Source of the DNA: Candidatus Saganbacteria bacterium
GTDB lineage: Bacteria > Margulisbacteria > WOR-1 > JAKLHX01
Length of the DNA: 32,000 bases
Assembly: GCA_026387835.1 (NCBI GenBank)
Contig: JAPLKZ010000013.1
Location: 30,001 to 62,000 of the forward strand
Reading direction: 5' to 3'
The position numbers and the translations under genes were made by a program. The notes under the pieces were generated by a model. It worked only from the letters and a program-made list of their open reading frames with translations. It had not been told where the DNA came from and searched no databases. Of this stretch, positions 31,482-32,000 are shown piece after piece; within the stretch, counting starts at the first letter, position 1, and each line of letters opens with the position of its first letter.

Positions 31482-32000
31482 TTATTTTAAGTAATAATTC
31501 CTTGTAATGACTGTCCGGCAATAGACGGGCAAATTGTTTTTCAAAAGATATTGTATCATCTCTCCTGCCACAAGCGCAATCGCTTTTTCCATGTTCTTTT
31601 TCGCGGCCCCCCTTATTTTTTTTACATGGTGTTGTTTTCTGCCGGGTTCGATATGGTCCGCCAGATAAATGATCTTTTCAAGCTTTGTCATGTTTTCTTT
31701 TCCGGCGGTGTGATGGCCGATCGCGGAAAGGACCTCCCTGTCTTTTATCCCAAAATGCTTTCTGGCGATGACCGCGCTCACTTTGTCATGTAAAAGCTTC
31801 GGGTTCTGCAGGACGAAGCTGTCCAGTCTCAGTTTTTCTTTTTTTGCGGTTTTCAGCAGTTCACCGGGAGAAAGGGATTTTGCGCAATCATGGAGCAGTC
31901 CCGCTATCGTGGCTTTTTTTATGTCCGCGCCGTGGATCCTGGCCAGGCGGACAGCCGTTTTTGAAACTGACAAGCTGTGATCGAAGCGCTCGGCATCCAG
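31482..32000 (-). CDS. yqeK: YqeK-type HD-domain phosphohydrolase; 5' end lies outside the window
   Basis: The frame is open to base 32000 (LDAERFDHSLSVSKTAVRLA precedes the track start). GLLHDCAK, IGHHTAG, YLADHIEPGR. The stop abuts the start of the LCP gene. Confidence 0.85.
   Translation of the reverse strand: MDAERFDHSLSVSKTAVRLARIHGADIKKATIAGLLHDCAKSLSPGELLKTAKKEKLRLDSFVLQNPKLLHDKVSAVIARKHFGIKDREVLSAIGHHTAGKENMTKLEKIIYLADHIEPGRKQHHVKKIRGAAKKNMEKAIALVAGEMIQYLLKNNLPVYCRTVITRNYYLK

Noticed and set aside
1-32000. A search for CRISPR arrays, long tandem or dispersed repeats, IS elements and rRNA.
   Set aside because: Visual inspection of the intergenic regions recognised none. Intergenic space is too small (the largest gaps are about 90-140 nt) to hold such elements.

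Overview
Bacterial chromosomal window, almost fully coding, with no rRNA, CRISPR array, transposase or integrase that I could recognise. Gene order in the housekeeping parts looks Firmicutes-like (yqeK...rsfS; ppdK-dgt-dnaG-rpoD). However, outer-membrane beta-barrel genes are also present, so the host is probably a diderm; the taxon cannot be fixed from this sequence alone. (1) Bases 1-11055, + strand, form a compact nitrogen-assimilation block: amt (5' partial)-glnK-glnA, a terminator, then a small Fis-type HTH protein, gltB, gltD and a translationally coupled 850-aa protein. That protein joins a P-loop-less KaiC/RecA-like domain to a PPDK_N (PEP/pyruvate-binding, ATP-grasp) module and has no phosphohistidine domain. 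(2) Bases 11091-12494 hold a promoter, tRNA-Met(CAT), an RluA-family pseudouridine synthase and a flavin-reductase-like protein. (3) Bases 12548-22579 are the least explicable block. It contains a secreted HExxH peptidase + beta-propeller + Omp85-type barrel fusion, a TPR-like/MBL hydrolase, and two tandem secreted paralogs carrying an SHGC motif reminiscent of YkuD L,D-transpeptidases. It also contains tRNA-Glu, a second MBL hydrolase and a FadL-like outer-membrane barrel. Several genes here lack Shine-Dalgarno sites and instead have an extended -10-like box 7-8 nt upstream of the ATG. (4) Bases 22645-32000, - strand, are a housekeeping array: yqeK (partial), an LCP-family protein, rsfS, two small coupled ORFs (one below the ORF-track cutoff), tRNA-Ala(GGC), ppdK, dgt-like, dnaG and rpoD. 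All functional calls rest on motifs read by eye; no database search or structure prediction was possible.
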